A stretch of 64,000 nucleotides of DNA from an uncultured Gemmatimonadaceae bacterium. Lineage in GTDB: Bacteria > Gemmatimonadota > Gemmatimonadetes > Gemmatimonadales > Gemmatimonadaceae. Within the stretch, counting starts at the first letter, position 1. Every line of letters starts with the position of its first letter. Both the position numbers and the translations under genes were made by a program. Of this stretch, positions 42,087 to 51,128 are shown piece after piece. Under the pieces are notes generated by a model. That model was not told where the DNA came from. It saw only the letters and a program-made list of their open reading frames with translations, and did not search any database. Location: positions 2,112,001 through 2,176,000 of the forward strand of contig CAWJMB010000002.1 in assembly GCA_963843845.1 (NCBI GenBank), read 5' to 3'.

Positions 42087-43236
42087 GTGAAGCGGTCACT
42101 GACGTGTCGGCGCGCTGCGGCGTCGGCGGCGAGTAGCGCGTCGCGCGAGTCGCTCGCCATGCCGCCGAGCGCGGCGAGTGCGCTCTCGATCGCGCGTGGA
42201 ATGTCGAGCAGCCCGATCTGGCCGTCGAGGAACAGGGCGACGGCGCGCTCGTTCGCCGCGTTGAACACTGCCGGCGCCGCTCCCCCGACTTCCCGGCCGC
42301 GATCCCGAGCTGGAGCGACGGGAAATCGGCGTGCCGCACCGGTTCGAACGTGAGCGGTCCGAGCTCGACCGGGTCGAACGGAGGTACCCCGGCGTCGGGC
42401 ACGCGTTCAGGATGCGTCAACGCGTACAGCACCGGCAGTTCCATGCTCGGCACGCCCATCTGGGCGAGGACGCTGCCATCGATGAACTCGACGAACGAGT
42501 GCACCACACTCTGCGGGTGGACGACGACCTCGATCCGATCGTAGGGCAGGCCGAACAGGAAATGCGCCTCGATCACCTCGAGTGCCTTGTTCGCGAGCGT
42601 CGCGCTGTCGACGGTGATCTTCCGGCCCATCGACCACGTCGGATGCTGCAGCGCCGCGTCGATCGTCGCGCGCTCGAGCCGGTCGCGCGGCCATGTGCGG
42701 AACGGGCCACCCGACGCGGTCAGGATGAGTCGCCGCACCTCCGATCGGTCGCGCCCTCCGATGCACTGCAGGATGGCCGAGTGCTCGCTGTCGACCGGAA
42801 CGATCTCGCCGCCCCCCTGCCGGGCAGCGTCGTGCGCGAGTTGCCCGGCTACGACGAGCGTCTCCTTGTTCGCGAGTGCGACCCGCTTCCCGGCGTGCAG
42901 CGCGGCGAGCGTCGCATCGAGCCCCGCCGCGCCGACGACGGCGTTCAGCACGATCGACGCATCGTCACGCGTCGCGGCCTCCACGAGGCACTCAGCACCG
43001 TGGCACCAGCCGCCCGTCGACGTCGACGGGTCGCCCGTCACGAGCCCGACGAAACTCGGCCGGAACTGTTCGGCCTGCGCGTGGAGCAGCGCCGCGTTCC
43101 CGTACGCGGTGAGCGCGGCGACGCGAAAGCGTGACTCCTGCCGCGCCAGCACCCGGAGCGCCGTCGTCCCGATCGACCCCGTGCTGCCGAGGATCGCGAC
43201 GCCGCGCGACTCTCCGGAGGCCATCGGTGGCGTCAT
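42080..43236 (-). CDS. dxr: 1-deoxy-D-xylulose-5-phosphate reductoisomerase (frameshift near 42285)
   Basis: [44 protein letters not shown]-terminal [11 protein letters not shown] in another frame. Confidence 0.94.
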
Positions 43237-44099
43237 CGTGCCCCGGGGGGTACGGCGAGCAGGATCGGCCCGATGAGCAGGTAGCTGAGCGGCAACACGA
43301 AGAACAGACTGTCGAAGCGGTCGAGGATGCCGCCGTGCCCCGGCAGCAGGTGCGAACTGTCTTTCACGCCTGCCTCTCGCTTCAGCAGCGACTCGGCCAG
43401 GTCCCCGATCTGTGCGGCGACGCTGACGACGAGGCCGAACAGGACGAGCGACAGCGGCGGGATCGCGAGCTGCGCGAACGGGCGCAGCGCGAACCGCTCG
43501 TACAGCACCGCGACGAGCGCCGTGACGACGAGCGCGCCGATGGCCCCCTCGACGGTTTTGCCCGGGCTCACCGACGGAATCAGCTTTCGCTTTCCCACGA
43601 TGCGCCCCACCGCGTACGCGCCGATGTCGCTCGCCCACGTGAGGAGCACGGGGAGGAGCACCATCGCCGTTCCCGCCGCGCGGCCGACGGCATAGTCGTG
43701 GTAGCGTAGCGCGTAGCCGTAGCACAACGGTGCGCTGACGTAGAGCACCCCGGTCACCGTGGTCGCGACCGCCGTGAGCGGCCGGCCGTTCACGCCGCGC
43801 ATCCAGATGGCCGCCGCGAGTAGCGCGAGCACGACGAGCACGCCCGACGACAGCGGCGCCTCGAACAGCCGCAGGTAGCGGGCGTGCACGAGCAGCGGCA
43901 ACAGCGCGGCGATGACGATCCCCGGGACGTCGAGCGGATCGCTGCCGCCTGCCCGCGCGATGCGGTAGAACTCCCAGGTGCCCACGGCGGCGACGACCCC
44001 CAGTAGCGTGGCGAGCGCCGCGTCGCCGAACCAGATGACGGCGATCGCGAGCGGCGCCGCCACGAGCGCGAACGCGATCCGCCGCGCCAGCTCGCTCAC
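43233..44099 (-). CDS. cdsA: Phosphatidate cytidylyltransferase
   Basis: WASDIGAY, SPGKTVEG, GDLAESLLKREAGVKDS..LPGHGGILDRFDS. Confidence 0.96.
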   Translation of the reverse strand: MSELARRIAFALVAAPLAIAVIWFGDAALATLLGVVAAVGTWEFYRIARAGGSDPLDVPGIVIAALLPLLVHARYLRLFEAPLSSGVLVVLALLAAAIWMRGVNGRPLTAVATTVTGVLYVSAPLCYGYALRYHDYAVGRAAGTAMVLLPVLLTWASDIGAYAVGRIVGKRKLIPSVSPGKTVEGAIGALVVTALVAVLYERFALRPFAQLAIPPLSLVLFGLVVSVAAQIGDLAESLLKREAGVKDSSHLLPGHGGILDRFDSLFFVLPLSYLLIGPILLAVPPGAR

Positions 44100-44109
44100 G
44101 CGCCCCCGC

Positions 44110-44865
44110 TCAGGCGGAGACCCGGCCGAACCGCCGATCGCGATTCTGGAACGCGAGCACCGCCTCGAACAGCTCGCGCCGCCCGAAGTCCGGCCATAGC
44201 ACCGCCGAGATGTAGAGCTCCGTGTACGCGATCTGCCAGAGGAGGAAATTCGAGATGCGAAGCTCGCCGGACGTGCGGATCAGCAGGTCGGGATCCGGGC
44301 AGTCGACCGTGTACAGCCGCTGCGAGATCGCATCCTCGTCGACGTCGTCGGGCGCGAGGCGGCCGGCGGCCACGTCGCGCGCGATCTCGCGGACCGCGCG
44401 CACGATCTCGGCGCGGCTTCCGTACGAGATGAACAGGTTCAGCGTGAGGCGGTCGTTGTGCTCCGTTTCGCGAATCACACGCTCGACCGCCTGGGCCGCA
44501 GCCGGCGTGAGCCGCTCGAGCGCGCCCAACACACGCACCCGTACGCCCTTGTCGCGCAGCTCGTCGACTTCGCGCGCGATGTACTCCTCGAGCAGCGACA
44601 TGAGCGCGCCGACCTCCGTCGCCGGCCGCTGCCAGTTCTCCTGCGAGAACGCGAACAGCGACAGCCATTCGACGCCCGCCTGGAGCGCGCCCTCGACGAC
44701 CGCGCGGACCGACTGCATCCCGGAGCGGTGGCCCAACGGCCGCGGCAGCAGGCGTTCGCGCGCCCAGCGCCCGTTGCCGTCCATGATGATCGCGACGTGT
44801 CGCGGGATCGCGCCGTGGACGCGAACCCTGCCTAACAGTTCCTCCGCGTGCTTCTCCGGCGACAC
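44110..44865 (-). CDS. uppS: Undecaprenyl diphosphate synthase
   Basis: HVAIIMDGNGRWA, FAFSQENWQRP, DLLIRTSGELRISNFLLWQ. Confidence 0.96.
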   Translation of the reverse strand: MSPEKHAEELLGRVRVHGAIPRHVAIIMDGNGRWARERLLPRPLGHRSGMQSVRAVVEGALQAGVEWLSLFAFSQENWQRPATEVGALMSLLEEYIAREVDELRDKGVRVRVLGALERLTPAAAQAVERVIRETEHNDRLTLNLFISYGSRAEIVRAVREIARDVAAGRLAPDDVDEDAISQRLYTVDCPDPDLLIRTSGELRISNFLLWQIAYTELYISAVLWPDFGRRELFEAVLAFQNRDRRFGRVSA

Positions 44866-44876
44866 GTGTCTCCGCG

Positions 44877-45431
44877 TCAGACCGCCATGATCTCGGCTTC
44901 CTTCGTCTTCAGGAGGGCCTCGATCTGCGCGATGTAGTCGTCATGCTGCTTCTGCAAATCCTTCTCCGCCAGCTTCTTGTCGTCTTCCGAGATGCCGTCG
45001 AGCTTCTTCAGCCGGTCGCGCGCGTCGGTGCGGGCGTGGCGGATCGCGACGCGACCTTCCTCGGCCAGCTTGTGCACGACTTTGACGAGCTCCTTCCGGC
45101 GCTGCTCGTTCAGCGACGGCAGCGGCACACGGATCACGCCGCCCATGTTCGACGGCTCGAGACCGAGGTCGCTGTCGCGGATCGCCTTCTCGATCGCCTT
45201 CGCCTGGCCCTTGTCGTAGGGCGTGACCATGATGAGGCGCGGCTCGGGCGCGGCGACGCTCGCGACCTGGTTGAGCGCCATCTGCTGGCCGTACACCTCG
45301 ACACGCACGGTGTCGAGCATGTTCGCCGACGCTTTCCCGGCGCGGATCGACCCGAACTCGCGCTTCGCGGACTCGATCCCTTTGTCCATCCCGGTCTTGC
45401 TCTGCTGCAAGATCTCTTTGATCGTCGCCAT
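44877..45431 (-). CDS. frr: Ribosome recycling factor
   Basis: IRAGKA, LNQVASV, P.LNEQRRKELVK, KEAEIM. Confidence 0.96.
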   Translation of the reverse strand: MATIKEILQQSKTGMDKGIESAKREFGSIRAGKASANMLDTVRVEVYGQQMALNQVASVAAPEPRLIMVTPYDKGQAKAIEKAIRDSDLGLEPSNMGGVIRVPLPSLNEQRRKELVKVVHKLAEEGRVAIRHARTDARDRLKKLDGISEDDKKLAEKDLQKQHDDYIAQIEALLKTKEAEIMAV

Positions 45432-45457
45432 GGCGGTACGGGGCTGTGGGCCGGCTG

Positions 45458-46168
45458 TTAGCTGACGAGCGTGCCGACGTGCTCGCCCTTGATCGCGCGG
45501 AGCACCGCGCCCGGTTGATGGATGTTCAGTACGATCAGCGGCAGCGAGTTCTCTCTGCACAGCGTAATCGCCGTCTGATCCATCACGCGCAAGTCGCCGA
45601 GCATGACGTCGCGGTAGCCGATCTTCGGGTAGAACGTCGCGTTCGGGTCCTTCTTCGGGTCGGCCGAGTAGATGCCGTCGACGCTCGTCGCCTTGATGAT
45701 GACGTCGGCCTTCGTCTGGATCGCGCGCAACACTGCGGCCGTGTCGGTCGAAAAGTACGGGTTGCCGGTGCCGGCGGCAAAGATGCACGTCCGCTTCTGC
45801 TCGAGGTGTCGCAGCGCGCGACGGCGGATGTAGGGCTCCGCGAGTTCTTCCATGCGGATAGCGGTCATGACGCGCGTGTCGACGCCGCGCTTCTCGAGCA
45901 CGTCTTGCATCGCGAGCGCGTTGATGACCGTGCCGAGCATTCCCATGTAGTCGGCGCCCACGCGGTCCATTCCCATCGCCGAGAGCTGCGCGCCGCGCAC
46001 GATGTTACCGCCGCCGATCACGAGCCCGACCTCGGCTCCGGCGTTGATCGCTTCCTCGATCTCCCCTGCGAAGAAGGCCAGCCGATCGAGGTCGAAGCCG
46101 AAGCCGCGCTCTCCGGCGAAGGCCTCGCCGGAGAGCTTGAGCAGGATACGCGGGTAGCGTAGCGCCAC
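45458..46168 (-). CDS. pyrH: UMP kinase
   Basis: LLKLSGE, GGGNI.RG, DYMGMLGT, GNPYFSTD. Confidence 0.97.
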   Translation of the reverse strand: MALRYPRILLKLSGEAFAGERGFGFDLDRLAFFAGEIEEAINAGAEVGLVIGGGNIVRGAQLSAMGMDRVGADYMGMLGTVINALAMQDVLEKRGVDTRVMTAIRMEELAEPYIRRRALRHLEQKRTCIFAAGTGNPYFSTDTAAVLRAIQTKADVIIKATSVDGIYSADPKKDPNATFYPKIGYRDVMLGDLRVMDQTAITLCRENSLPLIVLNIHQPGAVLRAIKGEHVGTLVS

Positions 46169-46175
46169 CGCGCGC

Positions 46176-47036
46176 CTACTCCGCGCCGAGCTGGAAGCGC
46201 GCGAAGCGCTTGACCGTGGCGCCCGCCTTCTTCACGAGATCGCCGACGACGACCTTCGGGTCGCGCACCCACACTTGGTGGACGAGCGCGACGTCCTTGT
46301 AGTACGCCTCGATCTTTCCCGTCACGATCTTGTCGATCATCGCCTCGGGCTTCCCTTCGGCCTTCACCTGCTCGACGAAGATCGCGCGCTCGCGCTCGAT
46401 CACGTCGTTCGGAACGCTTTCCTTGTCGACACCGATCGGCGCCGCCGCGGCGATGTGTTCGGCGAGCGACCTGGCGAGCGCCACGAGCTCGTCACGCTTC
46501 GACGCCGCGTCCGGCGCGTCGACTTCGACGAGCACGCCGATCTTGCCGTTGAAGTGCGTGTACGAGCCGACGACGCCACTGCCGGCCGCGTCGTAGCGCA
46601 CCGCCTTGCGGAGCGAGACGGCCTCACCGGTCTTCGCGGCGAGCGCTTTCACGTACTCGTCCGTCGTCGCCGAGCTGTCGAGCCCTGTCGATGCCAGGAA
46701 CGACTCGGCGTCGGTCGTGGACGCGGTGTCGAGCGCGTGACGCGCCAGCGTCTTCGCGGCGCCCTGGAACTCGTCGTTCCGGGCCACGAAGTCCGTCTCG
46801 CAGTTCAACTCGATCATCGCGCCGGCGGAGTTGTCGTCCTTGAGCGCGATCGCGACGGCGCCTTCCGACGCCGCACGCCCGGCGCGCTTCTCGGCTTTCG
46901 CGATCCCCTTTTTCCGGAGCAGATCGATCGCGGCGTTCATGTCGCCACCGGTCTCATCGAGCGCTTTCTTGCAATCCATCATGCCGGCGCCGGTACGCTG
47001 GCGCAGCTCGGACACGTCTTTCGCAGTGATCGCCAT
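46176..47036 (-). CDS. tsf: Elongation factor Ts
   Basis: LRQRTGAGMMDCKKAL, ELNCETDFVA. Confidence 0.97.
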   Translation of the reverse strand: MAITAKDVSELRQRTGAGMMDCKKALDETGGDMNAAIDLLRKKGIAKAEKRAGRAASEGAVAIALKDDNSAGAMIELNCETDFVARNDEFQGAAKTLARHALDTASTTDAESFLASTGLDSSATTDEYVKALAAKTGEAVSLRKAVRYDAAGSGVVGSYTHFNGKIGVLVEVDAPDAASKRDELVALARSLAEHIAAAAPIGVDKESVPNDVIERERAIFVEQVKAEGKPEAMIDKIVTGKIEAYYKDVALVHQVWVRDPKVVVGDLVKKAGATVKRFARFQLGAE

Positions 47037-47125
47037 CTGACTTTTCCTATGTTCGTGAGAACGCCGCCGGCGGTCAGGCCGGCGGCGTATCAAGCTAGCC
47101 GCACCGCAGAAGGAGAACTACCGGC

Positions 47126-48145
47126 TCACTCGGCCGGTGCGCTCTCGCCTCCACCCTGCCCTGCGTCGCTGGGCGCACCGGCGGCACCGGCAGCTCCGGC
47201 GTCACCCGCCTCGCCGCCCTCAGCGCCGGGCTTGTTGAGCCGCGCCGCGATCGCGTCCGGGCGCGCACGACGGCGACGCGGGCGCCGCTTGCGGTCGTCG
47301 CCGCCCTGACCGCCCTGGCCCTGGCCCTGACCACCCTGGCCCTGGCCGCCCTGCTCGCCGCCGCGGCCGCGGCCACCGCGGTCACCACCCGACGCCGGCT
47401 CGGCGCCACGGTCGGACGAGTACGTGTACGACTCGGAGTCGTCGGACTCCTGCCGCTGCGGCGCCGCGAGGCGCGCCTCGGCGATCGTGTCGGCGATGGC
47501 GTGCGTGATCAGCTCGACCGAGCGGATCGCGTCGTCGTTGCCGGCGATCGGGACGTTGATGAGGTCCGGGTCGGCGTTCGTGTCCACGATCGCGACCACC
47601 GGGATGCCCAGCTTGTTCGCCTCGTCGACCGCGATGCGCTCTTTCTTGGAGTCGACGACGAACAGCAGCCCCGGGAGGCGGCCCATGTTCTTGATGCCCG
47701 ACAGGTTCTTCGCGAGCTTGTCGCGCTGCCGGCTCATCATGAGCTGCTCTTTCTTCGTGTAGTTCTCGAACTCGCCCGTCTCGGCGCCCGACTCGAGCTC
47801 CTTGAGCTTGCGGACCTGCTTCTTGACCGTCGAGAAGTTCGTGAGCAGCCCGCCGAGCCATCGCTCGGTGACGTAGTACGCGCCCGAGCGCTCGGCCTCG
47901 CCACGCACGATCGAGGCGAGCTGCCGCTTCGTGCAGACGAACAGCACGTTCTCGCCGCGCGAGACGACCTCGCGGATGAGCTTCTGCGCCAGCTCGAGCT
48001 GCCGAAGCGTCTTCTGGAGATCGATGATGTGAATGCCGTTCCGCTCGGCGAAGATGAAGCGGCGCATCTTCGGGTTCCACCGGCGGGTCTGGTGGCCGAA
48101 GTGCACGCCGGCGGCGAGCAGCTCTTCGAGTTTTGGCTGTGACAT
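47126..48145 (-). CDS. rpsB: 30S ribosomal protein S2 with long low-complexity C-terminal tail
   Basis: AGVHFGHQTRRWNPKM, RWLGGLLTN, DTNADP, GNDDAIRS. Confidence 0.97.
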   Translation of the reverse strand: MSQPKLEELLAAGVHFGHQTRRWNPKMRRFIFAERNGIHIIDLQKTLRQLELAQKLIREVVSRGENVLFVCTKRQLASIVRGEAERSGAYYVTERWLGGLLTNFSTVKKQVRKLKELESGAETGEFENYTKKEQLMMSRQRDKLAKNLSGIKNMGRLPGLLFVVDSKKERIAVDEANKLGIPVVAIVDTNADPDLINVPIAGNDDAIRSVELITHAIADTIAEARLAAPQRQESDDSESYTYSSDRGAEPASGGDRGGRGRGGEQGGQGQGGQGQGQGGQGGDDRKRRPRRRRARPDAIAARLNKPGAEGGEAGDAGAAGAAGAPSDAGQGGGESAPAE

Positions 48146-48159
48146 TGGGAGAACTCTTC

Positions 48160-48248
48160 GTGTGGTTGTGTCGTCCGCTGTCGTCGACGCTGGCGGGGCT
48201 CCAGACCGTGGGTCCGGCACCACCCCGCCCGCTCAGGCAGCGTGTGAG
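48160..48248 (-). promoter_or_regulatory. rpsB 5' leader (t44/S2-autoregulatory RNA-like)
   Basis: The minus strand reads CACACGCTG...GGGGTG...CAGCGGA...AACC, matching my recollection of the conserved elements of the rpsB leader. Confidence 0.6.
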
Positions 48249-48258
48249 ATGGCTGCGA

Positions 48259-48648
48259 CTAGCGCTTCGAGAACTGGAAGCGCTTGCGAGCCTTCGGACG
48301 GCCCGGCTTCTTGCGCTCGACCGCACGCGCATCACGCGTGAGGAGGCCGAGCTCGCGGAGGCGACGGCGGTAGCCTTCGTCCTGTTTGACGAGCGCGCGG
48401 GCGATCGCGAGGCGGAGCGCGCCGGCCTGTCCGGTCGACCCGCCACCGTCGATGTTCGCCATCACGTCCCACTTGCCGAGGTTGTCCGTAGCACTGAACG
48501 GCAGCTGGATCGACGAGACGAGCGTCGGCCGCGGGAAATAGTCCCCGATCGTGCGCCCGTTGATCTCCCACTTGCCCGAGCCGGGCTTGAGGTAGACGCG
48601 GCAGACCGCCTCTTTGCGGCGGCCCACGGCGTGAAGCTGATCGGCCAT
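48259..48648 (-). CDS. rpsI: 30S ribosomal protein S9
   Basis: GRRKEA, GGGSTGQAGA, ERKKPG..KARKRFQFSKR. Confidence 0.98.
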   Translation of the reverse strand: MADQLHAVGRRKEAVCRVYLKPGSGKWEINGRTIGDYFPRPTLVSSIQLPFSATDNLGKWDVMANIDGGGSTGQAGALRLAIARALVKQDEGYRRRLRELGLLTRDARAVERKKPGRPKARKRFQFSKR

Positions 48649-48651
48649 GGG

Positions 48652-49104
48652 TTACTTCGCCTCCGGCTTGGAGAAGGTCAGTGCCGTCGGCGCCTGCGCG
48701 ACGTGCGGGTGATCGCTGCCGCCGTAGACGCGGAGCTTGCGGCGAATGGAGTTGCGGGCGAGGCCGTTCTTCGGCAGCATCCCGAAGACCGCCTTCTCGA
48801 TCACGCGCTCCGGATTCTTCTCGATCATGGACGCGAACGGGATCTGCCGGTCGTGGCCCATGTAGCCGGTGTGCTTGAAGTACGTCTTCTGCTCGGCCTT
48901 GCGTCCCGTCACGCGAACCTTGCTCGCATTGATGACGATGACGTGGTCGCCGGTGTCCATGTGGGGCGTGAACATCGGCTTGTGCTTTCCGCGGAGGATC
49001 TTCGCGACCTCCGAGGCGAGGCGCCCGAGGACCATCCCCTCGGCGTCGACGACGAACCATTTCGGCTCGATGTCGGCGGGCGTCGCGGTGTACGTGGCTC
49101 TCAT
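48652..49104 (-). CDS. rplM: 50S ribosomal protein L13
   Basis: WFVVDA, LGRLAS, GKHKPMFTPH.DTGD, GMLPKN, HPHVAQ. Confidence 0.98.
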   Translation of the reverse strand: MRATYTATPADIEPKWFVVDAEGMVLGRLASEVAKILRGKHKPMFTPHMDTGDHVIVINASKVRVTGRKAEQKTYFKHTGYMGHDRQIPFASMIEKNPERVIEKAVFGMLPKNGLARNSIRRKLRVYGGSDHPHVAQAPTALTFSKPEAK

Positions 49105-49197
49105 CGTTTCCAGAGAAAAGACCTGCGCCTCACCGGTGCGTCATGCAACCCGGGTCTCGGCCGCCGCCGGAGCGGCGTTTTTTATGCGCAGTCTCGT

Positions 49198-49226
49198 AGG
49201 ATAGACGAGGGCTAAGTCCTTGTCAA
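49198..49226 (-). promoter_or_regulatory. Sigma70 promoter of the rplM-rpsI operon
   Basis: TTGACA-17 bp-TATCCT on the minus strand. Confidence 0.8.
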
Positions 49227-49413
49227 CCAACGCAGAACAAGCCGTGAGGAGGGCCGCCTGCGTGCGCCGACCGGACGACTCGTCCCGCCGCGCGAGGTCC
49301 CGGCGGCGTGCCGAACCCGCCGCGCGCACCGAGGCGTGGTAGCCGCGGTGCGGGCCGGCGAGCGCTGCGCGCCGACGTTCGCGAAGCGGCGCGTCCTCCC
49401 GACAGCCCGACGC

Positions 49414-49458
49414 GACCGAGGGGCCGAGGGCGCGTCACGCGCCCTCGGCCCCTCGGTC
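49414..49458. repeat. Perfect 22-bp inverted repeat with 1-nt centre (terminator-like hairpin)
   Basis: gaccgaggggccgagggcgcgt-c-acgcgccctcggcccctcggtc, just past the stop of the 49467-50357 gene; no U-tract. Confidence 0.75.
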
Positions 49459-49466
49459 TACCACGA

Positions 49467-50357
49467 TCACGGATCGATGTTGAAGAACGATACTGTCGTC
49501 GTACGCCCACCCGCCGTCGCAACGTCCGCCGTCGCGTCGAGCCCGGCGCCCGCTTGGGGGAGAAACGTCGACTTCAGAGCGTCCGCCGGATCGGTCGTGA
49601 TGCCGGTGACGATCCAGGTATTACCAGACGTCGTGCCGGTCACGTACTGGAACTTCTCGGCCACGCGGTACGTGCCTGCCGCGACCGGGATCGGGTCCGT
49701 GCACTGGTTGACGCCGAGGACGTACGTCCCGATGGGGTGCGCCACGTCCGCCGCGCTGGCGAGCACGAAGGTGAACTTCTCGTTGCCGAAGTAGGCCGGC
49801 ACGTCGGAGATCGCCGCGTCGGGCCGCTTGCAGATCTTCAGGTACGCCTCGCCGGGCGTCGGCGGCACCGGCTGGTAGCAGACGACGTAGTGGCTGATGG
49901 TCGGCACGTTCCCGCCGCCGTTCAGCGGTGCCCGCAGGCCACTCGCCGTCGTCGTTCCGGCCGGGAACGTGTAGCGGTACGTGTCAGGCCCACCCTTCAC
50001 GAACACCGTGAGCACCGACGTGCTCGGCGCTCCACCGATGGCGGCGAAGCTCAGATACTGCCGGTCGGCGCCGCTCACCGTGAACGCGTAGCCGCCGATC
50101 TGCTGGCTGTAGGGGCCGTCGACCTTCGTGCCGAGCGACATCGCGTTGACGGTGCCGCACACCGTAGCCGCCGAGCCCGACACGTTGCCCGAGATCAGCA
50201 CCGGCGAGTACGGGGGCGGGGCGATCGTCGTCGCGCCCTTGGCGAAGGACGGGGCGACGGCGCCGCTCGGCGAGCGCGTCACCGCAGTCGGCTCCGAGCA
50301 GGCGGCGAACAACGTGAGGGCGAGCGTGACGGCAGCAGTACTGTTCGGATGGCGCAT
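49467..50357 (-). CDS. Hypothetical secreted lipoprotein, beta-rich, two-domain
   Basis: MRHPNSTAAVTLALTLFAAC lipobox; VFVKGGP.TY.Y...GLRAPLN.GG..PTISHYVVCY; Thr/Gly-rich. Confidence 0.7.
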   Translation of the reverse strand: MRHPNSTAAVTLALTLFAACSEPTAVTRSPSGAVAPSFAKGATTIAPPPYSPVLISGNVSGSAATVCGTVNAMSLGTKVDGPYSQQIGGYAFTVSGADRQYLSFAAIGGAPSTSVLTVFVKGGPDTYRYTFPAGTTTASGLRAPLNGGGNVPTISHYVVCYQPVPPTPGEAYLKICKRPDAAISDVPAYFGNEKFTFVLASAADVAHPIGTYVLGVNQCTDPIPVAAGTYRVAEKFQYVTGTTSGNTWIVTGITTDPADALKSTFLPQAGAGLDATADVATAGGRTTTVSFFNIDP

Positions 50358-50627
50358 CCAGTGACTCCACGTGACGGGGGGACCATCGCGGTCGCTCGGC
50401 GGGCCCGGCGTCTCACCGCGACGAGGCGTGCAGGCGGGGATGCCGCACGCCGTTCTCAGCTGGACGATGTGCGACCAGCTGCCCCAACATCTCTCACTGA
50501 ATCGCCAGCGCAATTGTGGCGTTCGTGCCACAGTCAGCCAGTCGCGCCCCCGGGGGTGGCCCGCGAACGAGCCCCGCCGCCGCCGCGGCCGGTGCCCCGG
50601 TTCGCCGGCGGACCCGCGTGCGCCGGC

Positions 50628-51128
50628 TCACTCCATCTCGACGAGTACCGCGCCCTTCTCGACGGCGGCGCCGGGCACGGCACGGATGGCGATCACGCGG
50701 CCGGCGCGCTGGGCGCGTAACTCGTTCTCCATCTTCATCGCCTCCATCACGACGAGCCCCTGCCCGGCGCTCACCGCGTCGCCGACGGCGACCTGCACTC
50801 GCACGATCAGCCCCGGCATGGGCGCGACCAGCGGCGCCGGGCCGGCGACGTCGGCGGCGGCGGCGGAGAGGTCGCGGATGGCGCGCGATCGCTCGTCGAG
50901 CGCCTCGGCATCGAAACGTCGTCCGTCGATGGAGAGCGTGTAGCGGCCCTTCACGTCGCCGCGCCTGGCGACGAGACGGTAGACCCGATCGCCGACGGTG
51001 AGCAGGCTCACCGGCGTTCCCGGCACGTCGACCAGTTGCGCGTCCAGCTGCTCGCCGTCGACCTCGATCGCGTGGGGAGCGATGTCGATCGTGCGGCGTT
51101 CCCCGTCCACTTCGACTATGTAGCGCAT
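50628..51128 (-). CDS. Biotin carboxyl carrier protein
   Basis: APMPGLI, biotinylation motif EAMKMENE. Confidence 0.93.
   Translation of the reverse strand: MRYIVEVDGERRTIDIAPHAIEVDGEQLDAQLVDVPGTPVSLLTVGDRVYRLVARRGDVKGRYTLSIDGRRFDAEALDERSRAIRDLSAAAADVAGPAPLVAPMPGLIVRVQVAVGDAVSAGQGLVVMEAMKMENELRAQRAGRVIAIRAVPGAAVEKGAVLVEME

Noticed and set aside
633..43236. truA, purC, psd, dusB, PTS IIA and dxr as pseudogenes or programmed frameshifts
   Set aside because: Motifs are intact, several genes are near-essential, and the indels cluster at the window start; sequencing error is more parsimonious
47061..47088. Hairpin between rpsB and tsf as a novel element
   Set aside because: An 11-bp stem without a U-tract; an inverted repeat at this junction is known in other bacteria, so it is unremarkable
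31250..47350. CRISPR-like arrays in the mreC and rpsB repeat tracts
   Set aside because: Short imperfect in-frame coding repeats without unique spacers or cas genes
50509..50530. Sigma54 promoter (TGGCACG...TTGC) upstream of the orphan lipoprotein
   Set aside because: The spacing between TGGCAC and TTGC does not fit the -24/-12 consensus
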